From the NCBI GenBank assembly GCA_045545435.1, contig JAZQAV010000099.1, positions 1 through 50,868 on the forward strand: a stretch of DNA of 50,868 bases, in the 5' to 3' direction. Source of the DNA: Eggerthellaceae bacterium (GTDB lineage Bacteria > Actinomycetota > Coriobacteriia > Coriobacteriales > Eggerthellaceae). Of this stretch, positions 25,935 to 34,764 are shown one piece after another. A program made the translations under genes and the position numbers. The number at the start of each line of letters is the position of its first letter. The first letter of the stretch is position 1. Below the pieces are notes generated by a model. The model had not been told where the DNA came from. It did no database searches and saw only the letters and a list, made by a program, of their open reading frames with translations.

Positions 25935-26332
25935 TTGCTCGGCAGCGCTTCTTGGGCGCCGTTTTGGTGCGAAGGCTTGCATGTCTCAAGATAGGCAATA
26001 TACTCCTGGCCCCAGGAACTGAGCGCTTCAAGCACAGGATGGAACTTCACTCCCATTTCGGTGAGCTCGTATTCTACCCGCGGGGGAATGGACTCATATT
26101 GGGTTCGGCGCACCAAGCCTTTGTCTACCAGGTTTTTCAGCTGGGAAGAGAGCGTTGCGTGCGTCATCCTTGGCATAAGGCGCAGAAGCTCGTTAAACCG
26201 CAGGGGCCCTCCCTCCAAATAATGGAGGATTAAGATGGCCCACTTGCCGGCAACGAGGCTCTGCGCCGTTGCATACGGGCACCTGCCGAATCGATCTTCC
26301 AGCGGTTTATTGTTGTCGAAGATCGACTGCAT
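25931..26332 (-). CDS. HxlR family transcriptional regulator
   Basis: The sequence CPYATAQSLVAGKWAILILHYLEGGPLRFNELLRLMPRMTHATLSSQLKNLVDKGLVRRTQYESIPPRVEYELTEMG is a canonical HxlR winged helix. Its 3' end overlaps the convergent hydrolase gene by 4 nt. Confidence 0.9.
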   Translation of the reverse strand: MQSIFDNNKPLEDRFGRCPYATAQSLVAGKWAILILHYLEGGPLRFNELLRLMPRMTHATLSSQLKNLVDKGLVRRTQYESIPPRVEYELTEMGVKFHPVLEALSSWGQEYIAYLETCKPSHQNGAQEALPSN

Positions 26333-26343
26333 AGATGCGCTCC

Positions 26344-26745
26344 TTAGACGTCGAACTCTTCCTTGACGTCCATCATACCGCGGATTTCGGCGTGACCGTT
26401 CTCGAGGTAGAAAATGCCCAGTTCCCAGCCGTTTTTATCGTAAAGGGCCATGGTGTCGGGCATAACCTCGCGGGCTTTTTCAACAAGCGCTTCGTCTTTG
26501 ACGACGGTGGCAATGCCGTCGTAGCGCATGAACTCACCATCGCCAACGGCCAAAACCTCTACCTTGGGGTTTGTGGTCAGCTGTTTGAAAACGTTTTTGA
26601 AGGTACCGCAACCAAAATATACCTTGTCGTCGACGAGCATCTGGAACCCAAACGGGCGCCCTTTGGGCTGATCGCCGTCAATGGTGAGGAAATAGAACGG
26701 CTTGTTTGCGGAAAGGAATTCATGGACCTTTTGCGCGTTTGACAT
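26344..26745 (-). CDS. pyridoxamine 5'-phosphate oxidase-like FMN-binding family protein
   Basis: 133 aa. The sequence reads FYFLTIDGDQPKGRPFGFQMLVDDKVYFGCGTFKNVFKQLTTNPKVEVLA, a split-barrel PNPOx-like pattern. It is co-oriented with and immediately upstream of hxlR, which is a common pairing. Confidence 0.6.
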   Translation of the reverse strand: MSNAQKVHEFLSANKPFYFLTIDGDQPKGRPFGFQMLVDDKVYFGCGTFKNVFKQLTTNPKVEVLAVGDGEFMRYDGIATVVKDEALVEKAREVMPDTMALYDKNGWELGIFYLENGHAEIRGMMDVKEEFDV

Positions 26746-26785
26746 CTTCTTTCTCCTTTATAGGTCGATTTTTCGAACTGGTATA

Positions 26786-26815
26786 TTTATACGACCACTG
26801 GGAAAGGGTTAGCAA
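26786..26815 (-). promoter_or_regulatory. candidate promoter for the PNPOx-like/HxlR operon
   Basis: The minus strand reads TTGCTA, an 18-nt spacer, then TATAAA, about 40 nt upstream of ATG 26745. Confidence 0.4.
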
Positions 26816-26937
26816 GTGCGTTCTTTCGTGATACTAGGTACCTTATGGGATACCTGGTATTACCGTGCCATTCGTGCCGATGGTATCCGACGCCTCGCGA
26901 CTTGCTTTCAATTTTGCTTACAGAGCTTCTCTTTCTT

Positions 26938-26972
26938 GGCCCGCGGATATTGTGCCTCCGCGGGCCTTTTTG
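26938..26972 (+). terminator. orphan plus-strand intrinsic terminator-like hairpin in the leader of the BI-1 gene
   Basis: A perfect 9-bp GC stem, GGCCCGCGG (26938-26946) with CCGCGGGCC (26958-26966), is followed by TTTTTG. No plus-strand gene lies upstream. Confidence 0.5.
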
Positions 26973-27064
26973 CGCTTTCGGGCCCTTGATGATAGGATTT
27001 CTATCATCAAAAGGACGTCTGCCCCTTTTGCCCGTGAGTGCAACCGGGAAAGGAAGATGAAATC

Positions 27065-27754
27065 ATGGCAACCTCGGTTATAGATAACAAGGAGCAAAAA
27101 CTCCTGCGCTTAGAGAAAGCAGACGGAGGCCTTCTTTCGAGGCGCATGTACAACGTTGTTATTGGGCTTGTTTTGGCTGTTGGGTTGGCGCTGAACGCCG
27201 CGATGGCCGCATTTTTGCCCGCAAGCGTCTACTTGTTCATGTACCAACATCCCATTATTCTCGTCATCGGATTCTTGGTGGTGTCGTTTGGTGCTATGTT
27301 CATCATTTACAAGTCGGATAACCCCGGCGTTAGCTTTGCGGGCTTCATACTGCTCTCGCTTGCCTTTGGGTTTCTTGTCGCCTCCGTTGTAAGCGCGTAC
27401 AGCTCGGCAACGGTCACGCGTGCCTTCATGCTTACCATGATTATCACGCTGGGCATGGTTGTGCTGGCGTCCATCATGCCCAGCGTGTTCGCGAAAATGG
27501 GGACCGCCCTGTTCGCAATCTTGCTGATTACGCTTATAGCTGAGGTGCTCACCATCATTTTCACGGGCGGCGATCCTGTGATTTTCGATATCGTGTTCGT
27601 GATTGTGTTCGCGCTGTACATTGGCTATGACTGGCAAAAGGCGCAGGCCTATCCGCCCACTTTGGACAATGCGGTCGACAGCGCTGCCGATATCTATGTT
27701 GACATCATCAACCTGTTCGTCCGCCTTTTGGCCATTTTGGGACGCAAGGAATAG
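27065..27754 (+). CDS. Bax inhibitor-1/YccA family membrane protein
   Basis: It has seven hydrophobic segments and the C-terminal signature YIGYDWQKAQ....DSAADIYVDIINLFVRLLAILG. I prefer ATG 27065 (AGGAAG RBS) over the track start at 27038. Confidence 0.85.
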   Translation: MATSVIDNKEQKLLRLEKADGGLLSRRMYNVVIGLVLAVGLALNAAMAAFLPASVYLFMYQHPIILVIGFLVVSFGAMFIIYKSDNPGVSFAGFILLSLAFGFLVASVVSAYSSATVTRAFMLTMIITLGMVVLASIMPSVFAKMGTALFAILLITLIAEVLTIIFTGGDPVIFDIVFVIVFALYIGYDWQKAQAYPPTLDNAVDSAADIYVDIINLFVRLLAILGRKE

Positions 27755-27822
27755 GACGACCAGCCGCGTGCAATGCGATGATCAGCCGCATTACGCGAAT
27801 GGGTTGTGTCCCAAGCTGCTGG

Positions 27823-28941
27823 TTAACTTGTTTTTGAAGCTTGGAGAACCTGCTTTATTTTTGATGTCACGAGCCTGAACGCCCATACAAGGGCGGCGGT
27901 AAGTGCGTATACCACCACTGTGCGAATAATGAGGCTGTGCGAGGTAAGTGCGCCCGTGTAGTAGGTGAAAACCTGCAGTATTTGCAGGTGGATGGCATAA
28001 ACACCAAGACTGAGCGCAGAGAGGTTTTTGATGGTGGGGTAATACTTCGAAGCTCCTATGACGTCGTTGAGTTGTCGCGCAGCTATAAACAGCGACACGG
28101 ACAAAACGAATCCGGGAAGACCCATGGCGTTGGCGTAAAAGCTGTCGTAGGGCGCTTGCGGGTTAAGCGCGCGTGCGACGTCGTTGGTATGCAGGGTCAT
28201 GGCGAACATGAACAGCATGCTTATGGCGGCGGCAACCGCGAGCGCTGAATAGGGGATGCGCTTATCGAGGTATTCGTTGATGTAGTAACCGGCCAAGAAA
28301 TACAACAACCATGAGCTGAGGTAGGGATAGCTAAAGTTGCTCAGCAGGTTGTAGCCGTTAAGGTAGCGAGTGCACAGCGGGAACACCACGCTCATGATGA
28401 AGCAGATGACAATGGCGTACTCAAGAAGGTGCTTGTCGTCCGCGATTTTCGAAAAGATGGGCGTCACTAGGTACAACCCGATGATCGCGTAGAAGTACCA
28501 ATAGATGTTGTTGATGCTGTTGTCCAAAAACGACCAAATGAAGTCTTTCAGCGAGGGTTGGCGCCAGGCGCCTCCCAAGGCCTCAATAGGCAAACATTGC
28601 AAAACGTAGATAAGAATGCTGCAACCAATGAACACCCACAGGATGCGCTTCATGCGCTTCTTGAAGAAGTCTTTGGTGGAATAACGCTTGCGATAGCCCA
28701 GCAGATTTGCGCCGCTGATAAGGAAAAAGATGGGCACCGCGAAGATGAAAACAGATTGGATAGCAACGCAATAGGTCCAGAACAGGCCGCCTTCATTTTG
28801 GAAGACGGGCGTAGAGCAATGGAGCGCCACCACGGCCAAGCAGGCCAAAACATTGAGCGCGTCCATATAGTAAAAGCGCTTGCGTTTGGGAGCGGCAACA
28901 GTGTTGTTTACCGTGCGTTCAGGATTTCTTGCAGAGTCCAC
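27823..28941 (-). CDS. acyltransferase family 3 (OatA/WecH-like) integral membrane O-acyltransferase
   Basis: The sequence YYMDALNVLACLAVVALHCS is followed by ~10 TM segments. The start codon is uncertain: GTG 28941 or the internal Met of MDALNVL. Confidence 0.8.
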   Translation of the reverse strand: MDSARNPERTVNNTVAAPKRKRFYYMDALNVLACLAVVALHCSTPVFQNEGGLFWTYCVAIQSVFIFAVPIFFLISGANLLGYRKRYSTKDFFKKRMKRILWVFIGCSILIYVLQCLPIEALGGAWRQPSLKDFIWSFLDNSINNIYWYFYAIIGLYLVTPIFSKIADDKHLLEYAIVICFIMSVVFPLCTRYLNGYNLLSNFSYPYLSSWLLYFLAGYYINEYLDKRIPYSALAVAAAISMLFMFAMTLHTNDVARALNPQAPYDSFYANAMGLPGFVLSVSLFIAARQLNDVIGASKYYPTIKNLSALSLGVYAIHLQILQVFTYYTGALTSHSLIIRTVVVYALTAALVWAFRLVTSKIKQVLQASKTS

Positions 28942-28983
28942 ATGAGCCCCTTGTTGCTTTTAGCTCAACGATGCGAAAGAACG

Positions 28984-29730
28984 TTAGCCCTCTGCGCTGA
29001 GCTTTCGATAGGCCTCGCACACTTCTTTTACGTCGCCGTTCATGCGCATATGGCCCTTTTCAATCCATACGGCTTTGTTGCACACGCGTTCAACCTGGTC
29101 GATGCTGTGCGACACGAACAACAACGTGGTGCCGTGCGTTTCAACCAGCTCACGAATGCGTTTCTCGCATTTTTCCTGGAACAGGAAGTCGCCAACCGAA
29201 AGCGCCTCGTCAACCACAAGAATGTCGGGGATAACCGCAGTGGCTACGGCAAAGGCAACGCGGGCGACCATGCCCGATGAGTAGTTTTTCATGGGCATGT
29301 CCAAAAAGTCGCGCACGCCGGCAAAGTCGACGATTTCGTCGAAGCGCTCACGCATGAACTGCCTGCTGTATCCCAACAGCGCACCGTTGAGGTAAATGTT
29401 TTCGCGCGCGGTAAGCTCCATGTCGAAGCCTGCGCCAAGCTCGATGAGCGGGGCAATGGTGCCGCCGATTGACACGCTGCCCTTGGTGGGCTCAAGAACG
29501 CCTGCGATAATTTTGAGCAGCGTCGACTTGCCCGAACCATTGGTTCCCACAATGCCGTACTGCTCTCCGCGGTTGACGGTAATGTTTATGTCTTCAAGCG
29601 CCATGAACTCTTTGAAGTGAAGCTCGTGGCGAATCAGCGCGATGAAGTACTCTTTCAAGCTGTTCAACTGCTCGGAGGCGATGTTGAACATCATCGAGAC
29701 GCCCTCTATGCGGATCATTGGCTCGCTCAT
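28984..29730 (-). CDS. tagH: polysaccharide/teichoic-acid export ABC transporter ATP-binding protein (TagH/Wzt-like)
   Basis: The sequence shows LKEYF...FMALEDINITVNRGEQYGIVGTNGSGKSTLLKIIAGV, YSSGMVARVAFAVA and ILVVDEALSVGD. I prefer ATG 29730 (MSEPMIRIEG), 8 nt after the permease stop. The track ORF extends to 29817. Confidence 0.85.
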   Translation of the reverse strand: MSEPMIRIEGVSMMFNIASEQLNSLKEYFIALIRHELHFKEFMALEDINITVNRGEQYGIVGTNGSGKSTLLKIIAGVLEPTKGSVSIGGTIAPLIELGAGFDMELTARENIYLNGALLGYSRQFMRERFDEIVDFAGVRDFLDMPMKNYSSGMVARVAFAVATAVIPDILVVDEALSVGDFLFQEKCEKRIRELVETHGTTLLFVSHSIDQVERVCNKAVWIEKGHMRMNGDVKEVCEAYRKLSAEG

Positions 29731-29737
29731 AAGTATC

Positions 29738-30529
29738 CTAGATGTAAAGAATGAACTTGCTTTCAGACTTGCGGAACACGATAAAGCCAACCGCGAAGGT
29801 AATGGCTGCCATGCCAAAACAAATCAGGCATTCGAGTGCTCCCGGGTTGGTGTTCCACATCATGATGCTTCTAAAGAAGTTGATGTAATGGTACATGGGG
29901 TTGAACTGCATGATCGTCTGCATCCAACCAGCCAACATTTCGTAGGGGTAGAACAGGGGGGTGGCGTAGGTCCAGGCGGTCATAAGTACGCCCCACAGGT
30001 GCATGACGTCGCGGAAGAACACCGACAGAGCCGAGATAAGGAGGCCGAGTCCGGCGCTGAATATGGTGACCATAAGGACGATGAACGGCAGTCCCCATAT
30101 AACGTGAATGGAGGGAACTACCTGGAAAAAGATCATTACGCCAATTGCGGCAACCAGCGAAATCGCGAAGTTGAGCAGCTCGAACAGCACGGTCTCGATG
30201 GGGAACAGCATCTTTTCGATGCGGATCTTTTTAATCATGGAGGACGCGTTGATGATGGAGGCCATAGCGCCACTGGTGCTGCGGCTCATGAAATCGAACA
30301 TGATGGTGCCCAGAATGAGATACACCGGGAAATGCTCAATTTGAAAGCGGAACATATACGAGAATACGGCCGCCATGACTATCATCATCAAAAGCGGGTT
30401 CAAAACGCTCCATAAAATGCCGAGAACGCTTCTGCGGTATTTGAGCTTAAAGTCTTTGCTGACGAGCGTCTGAAGGATGAACCAGTTCTTTTTTCGTTTG
30501 TTCTCTTCGAATGCCTTGTAATCTGCCAT
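29738..30529 (-). CDS. tagG: ABC-2 type polysaccharide/teichoic-acid export permease (TagG/Wzm-like)
   Basis: The sequence reads LVSKDFKLKYRRSVLGILWSVLNPLLMMIVMAAVF and is followed by six TM segments. I prefer ATG 30529 (MADYKAFEE). Confidence 0.85.
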   Translation of the reverse strand: MADYKAFEENKRKKNWFILQTLVSKDFKLKYRRSVLGILWSVLNPLLMMIVMAAVFSYMFRFQIEHFPVYLILGTIMFDFMSRSTSGAMASIINASSMIKKIRIEKMLFPIETVLFELLNFAISLVAAIGVMIFFQVVPSIHVIWGLPFIVLMVTIFSAGLGLLISALSVFFRDVMHLWGVLMTAWTYATPLFYPYEMLAGWMQTIMQFNPMYHYINFFRSIMMWNTNPGALECLICFGMAAITFAVGFIVFRKSESKFILYI

Positions 30530-30575
30530 GCAATTCGCTTTCGTCGGCTTGCGCAAAACTACGCAATTATAGCAA

Positions 30576-32774
30576 CTACTCTTCTTCGGGTTCGACGTTT
30601 CCGCGAATCTTCCGCACGGGAGCGGCTATCATTTCCGACAGACGGAACGATTTCGAGTTGTATACCTCGTAAAGTTCTTCTGCCAGCTGCTCTGCGTGGT
30701 TTTCAACCATATCGACGTACGTTTCGTTCTGAACGCTGTTCATGAATTCCCGCGTTCGCTTATCAAAGAAGTATTTGCCGTCGTGTCCGAAAACGCCCAT
30801 GTTCTCAAGCCAACCGTTGCGGATGACGTCGTAGAACTGACGGCGCGGCTCTTTGAAAATGGTTCCGAACTTCCAGCAGCACATATGTGCAACGTAATTA
30901 TCGAAGTCGCGACGATAGTCTTCCAAGATGCCGCGTTTTTCAAGTTCGTCGCGCATGTACTCAAGGGCTTTCAGCATGTACTGGAATTGCTCCTCGGTAT
31001 CATCGCTGCGGCTTCCCTCGGCACGTTCGCGGCGATAGTGGTACAGCACCTTGTCAAGGTAGAACACGCGATGCGCAGGAGCGACTGCCGCATAGGTAAA
31101 GGGCATGTCCTCATGGGCGCCAATAGTGGGGAACTCAAGGTCCAGCGATTTGAAGTAGCTCATGCGGTACAACTTGTTGACGGTAAAGCCCACCATGTAC
31201 ACGAAGAAGTTGTCCACGTTGCGCGGATCGAAAATGGTGCCTGCGGGAACTTTGTTCTTGACAACGGCATGGTGCATGGGATGGTACCGGTGCGTATCGT
31301 CACGGTATTCATCGATGCCGAAAATTACCACTTCGGCGTTGTTCTCTTCGGCTGCGGTAACCATTTGCTTCACAGCCGACTTGGTGATGAAGTCGTCGGA
31401 GTCGACGAAGAAAAGATAGTCACCCGTTGCACGTTGGATTCCGATGTTGCGGGCGCGGCTGGGACCGCCGTTCTCTTTGTCGATGACCACGATGCGCGCG
31501 TCGTTTGACGCGAAGCGATTGATCACGGCAAGGCTGTTGTCCTTGGAGCCGTCGTTCACGCAAATAATCTCGAGGTTCTCGTGCGTTTGCTTCAGCAGCG
31601 ACTCGAGCGTTTTGGCAAGGTACTCCTCGGAATTGTAAACGGGGATGACAATGCTTACCTTGCGGTGAGCATAAAGGTATTCTTCCTGGCCAGTGCGCTT
31701 TTCGGCGATACCCTTGATTCCCTGGGCAATGGAGCCGGCGCGGCTTCCCAGTGCGCCTAAGATGGCGCGCGGCTTTTCGGTGATGCGCGCACGGCGTTCG
31801 CTTGCAAGGCCCGCTTCGAACACGGCATGGGGGTCCTGCATGATGCGGCACAGCAAATCGTATTCGCCGGGTTTGAAGTATGCAGCGTTTACCTGGCCTT
31901 TTTCGAAGGGCTCGGTAAACTCGCCGGCTACATGCTGCAAGAATTCCTCGCGGAATTCGGGAGCGATGCGCTCGTAATTCCAGTTGTAGGTATCGAACTT
32001 CTTGGCCAAAACGCGGCCGATGAGCTTGTCGTAACGTTCGGGCATGGCGCTCAAGAACAGCTCGATTGACGCGAACTCCTCAACGACAAACATAACCTTT
32101 GCCGCGGACTGGACGGATGAACCCGCGTTGTCCAGGCGGTAGTTAAGATAAGAATCGTGGGTGAGCACGAAGGAATCGCATGCGAGCCACGATTTGAAAA
32201 CGAAACCGGTGTCCTGGAACGATGCGCCGGGCGTCTCAAGGAAGCGGATGTCGGCATTGTTCAAAAACTCGCGACGGTAGATGGCGGCCCAAATTGCCGG
32301 AATTGAGTTGATAACCTGGGCGCCGTCTTCGTCAAGGGGCGACAGAACGCGATCGCACAACGACTGGGGAAAATTCTCAACCTGCGAAGGCGTTTGATTC
32401 TCCACGAACACGTTGTGGTTGCCTTTGATGATGTCGCAGTGGCCGTGCTTTTCGGCAAGTGCGTACAGTTTTTCAAAGGCTTCGGGGTAAATCCAGTCGT
32501 CCGACTCAACGATTCCGATGTATTCACCACGCGCAGCGTTGATGCCGGTGTTCATGGTGTGACCGTATCCACCATTTGGCTTGTCGATAACGACGAATCG
32601 GCTATCGCGAGCGGCATACTCGTTCAATATTTCAAGGGAATTGTCGGTTGAGCCGTCGTTCACGCAGATGAACTCAATATCGTCCAGCGTTTGGGCGACC
32701 AGGCTGTCTAAACATTGCGGAAGAAATTTCGCAACATTGTAGATGGGCGTAATAACGGAAACTTTTGGTTCCAT
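30576..32774 (-). CDS. bifunctional glycosyltransferase with two GT2 (GT-A) domains
   Basis: Domain 1 reads VSVITPIYNVAKFLPQCLDSL...FICVNDGSTDNS...IGIVESDD. Domain 2 reads VSIVIPVYNSEEYLAKTLESL...IICVNDGSKDNS...LFFVDSDD. GGAGGAA RBS. Confidence 0.9.
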   Translation of the reverse strand: MEPKVSVITPIYNVAKFLPQCLDSLVAQTLDDIEFICVNDGSTDNSLEILNEYAARDSRFVVIDKPNGGYGHTMNTGINAARGEYIGIVESDDWIYPEAFEKLYALAEKHGHCDIIKGNHNVFVENQTPSQVENFPQSLCDRVLSPLDEDGAQVINSIPAIWAAIYRREFLNNADIRFLETPGASFQDTGFVFKSWLACDSFVLTHDSYLNYRLDNAGSSVQSAAKVMFVVEEFASIELFLSAMPERYDKLIGRVLAKKFDTYNWNYERIAPEFREEFLQHVAGEFTEPFEKGQVNAAYFKPGEYDLLCRIMQDPHAVFEAGLASERRARITEKPRAILGALGSRAGSIAQGIKGIAEKRTGQEEYLYAHRKVSIVIPVYNSEEYLAKTLESLLKQTHENLEIICVNDGSKDNSLAVINRFASNDARIVVIDKENGGPSRARNIGIQRATGDYLFFVDSDDFITKSAVKQMVTAAEENNAEVVIFGIDEYRDDTHRYHPMHHAVVKNKVPAGTIFDPRNVDNFFVYMVGFTVNKLYRMSYFKSLDLEFPTIGAHEDMPFTYAAVAPAHRVFYLDKVLYHYRRERAEGSRSDDTEEQFQYMLKALEYMRDELEKRGILEDYRRDFDNYVAHMCCWKFGTIFKEPRRQFYDVIRNGWLENMGVFGHDGKYFFDKRTREFMNSVQNETYVDMVENHAEQLAEELYEVYNSKSFRLSEMIAAPVRKIRGNVEPEEE

Positions 32775-32921
32775 CGTTCCTCCGTTTGACGCGTTTGATG
32801 GACTCTGTTTTCGAGCATTGTCTTGAAAGTATACTACACGGGCCTATCGTGCAACTCATCGGCTAAATAAGCGCAGGATAAAGCCGTAAAGCCAACAAGA
32901 AACGGGCATGTGGCCACAGGT

Positions 32922-34670
32922 TTAGGCGTTTTTGCTTTCCGCATCTGACTCTTCGGTTGCGTTTGCAAGGGGCACAGCTTCCAGCTGCTTGCTTTTTTTG
33001 CGGTTCACGTTGTCGATGGCCGACTGAATGGAGGGGTATACGCTTGCGCGCTTCATGATGCGGCGAAGTTCGTAGCGCGTATAGTGGTCGTTTGCCAACG
33101 CAAGGCTGCGAACCAGACGCACGTATTTGCCCTGATTCTTAAGGGTTTTCATGAAGCGCCGCATCGTCTCTGCGGCCGTTTCGTCGATGCTGGTTACCGC
33201 CGACATCTCAAAGATAACCGTATCGATGTCATCGGTTATTTGGTTGCGGATCTCCTCAAGCTCGTGGTCGATATTGGTGAAAGACAAAAAGCCATGGAGG
33301 CGGGCAACGACCATGTTCGCAGGAATGTCAACGTTTTCCGCGCCCATGTCCCCTGTGAAGCCGGCCAGTTTTGCATCGTGTGTTGACTTGGAGCGATAGA
33401 AGCGGGTAATGAGCGATACGACGATTCCCGCAATGACGCCCGCGAGCGCGCCGAAGGCTATGACGACAACGGCAACCAGGACAACAACCGTAAGCTCGAT
33501 GCGCGCGTCTTTCGCATAGCGGCGTACCGAGGAAAAATCGATTACGCGCACCATCGCGTGAACGATGATGGCTCCCAGCACCGGTTCGGGCAAATAGCGC
33601 AGATGCGGCGCCAGTACCAGCACGAACGCGGCAACTACCAAGGCGCCGATGATGCTGGCAAGCTGGCTTGTTCCGCCTGAGGCTTTGGAGGCAGCGGTAC
33701 GCGAGAGGCTTGCGCTGCACGGCGGGCAGCCGATGAGGGAGGAGGCGGCATTGCCCAGGCTCAGGGAGATGAGCTCACGATCGCCGTGAGGCCTGGTCCC
33801 TTCGCGCGTTGAAAAGATGTTCAGGGTTAGAAGCGACTCGATGGCAACGGTTACGGCAATGGAAAAGGCACCGCCCACCATAACGGCAACGCCAAGGCCT
33901 GTGATTTCGGGGAGCACGAACGAGGGTAAATCCGACGGCATCTCGCCCAGCACTTTAACGCCTTGGCCCTCAAGGCCGAAGCCAAGCGAGAAGGCCATCC
34001 CGAACACAAGCACGATAAGCGCCCCGGGAGCTTTGGGTTTTGCGTCGCTGATAAAGAACAGCGCGCATAAGGCGAACGCAGAAAGTACAACCGAAGGAAT
34101 GTTCACCTGCGCGATGAACGAGGCAAGGTCAAGCAGGTCGAGGCTGCTTGCCCCTACCAGTTTTGGAATTTGGTGAGCGATGATGGTAATCGAAATGCCC
34201 AGCACGAAGCCGCACATAACCGGGTCGGGAACGTAGTGGACCAGTTGGCCGGCGCGTGTGAGCGCGAACAGCAGCAAAAAGAGCGCGACCAATATCGTTA
34301 GCATGGGCATAAGCTGGAACGCCTGGTCGCTGCCGAGCGTGACCCCGGCTCCCGCCACGACGCCTCCGGTGACAGCTACCGCTGCGCTGTCCATGCCGAA
34401 CACGATGGAGCGCGTGTTGGTGAGCACGGCAAAAATCAACGCGGGCAGGATGGACGCATACAGGCCATACACGGGCGACAAGCCCGCTATCTGGGCATAG
34501 CCCATTGAGATGGGGATGGAGAGCGCTGCTATTACCAGCCCGGCCATAAAGTCGCGAGGCAGGCTGTGCAAATCGTAATCCCGCAGGCTTGCAAGCGGAG
34601 GGAGATCCGCAAATTTGCGAACGCGGCTGCGAAGATCGAACGTAGTGCGCATTTGGTCGGAAACCGTCAT
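32922..34670 (-). CDS. SulP family inorganic anion transporter with C-terminal STAS domain
   Basis: The sequence reads LPRDFMAGLVIAALSIPISMGYAQIAGLSPVYGLYASILPALIFAV. The C-terminal STAS-like region reads VARLHGFLSFTNIDHELEEI...VIFEMSAVTSIDETAAETM. Confidence 0.9.
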   Translation of the reverse strand: MTVSDQMRTTFDLRSRVRKFADLPPLASLRDYDLHSLPRDFMAGLVIAALSIPISMGYAQIAGLSPVYGLYASILPALIFAVLTNTRSIVFGMDSAAVAVTGGVVAGAGVTLGSDQAFQLMPMLTILVALFLLLFALTRAGQLVHYVPDPVMCGFVLGISITIIAHQIPKLVGASSLDLLDLASFIAQVNIPSVVLSAFALCALFFISDAKPKAPGALIVLVFGMAFSLGFGLEGQGVKVLGEMPSDLPSFVLPEITGLGVAVMVGGAFSIAVTVAIESLLTLNIFSTREGTRPHGDRELISLSLGNAASSLIGCPPCSASLSRTAASKASGGTSQLASIIGALVVAAFVLVLAPHLRYLPEPVLGAIIVHAMVRVIDFSSVRRYAKDARIELTVVVLVAVVVIAFGALAGVIAGIVVSLITRFYRSKSTHDAKLAGFTGDMGAENVDIPANMVVARLHGFLSFTNIDHELEEIRNQITDDIDTVIFEMSAVTSIDETAAETMRRFMKTLKNQGKYVRLVRSLALANDHYTRYELRRIMKRASVYPSIQSAIDNVNRKKSKQLEAVPLANATEESDAESKNA

Positions 34671-34701
34671 ATGTTGAAACGCTCGCTGTCGGGTGCGGGT
34701 A

Positions 34702-34739
34702 CAAAAAAGCCGGCATCGATTATCGCACCGATGCCGGCT
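34702..34739 (-). terminator. intrinsic terminator after telA (minus strand)
   Basis: The minus strand reads AGCCGGCATCG-gtgcgataat-CGATGCCGGCT followed by TTTTTTG. Confidence 0.75.
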
Positions 34740-34764
34740 GTGATGTGGAAACTAGCAGAAAAAA

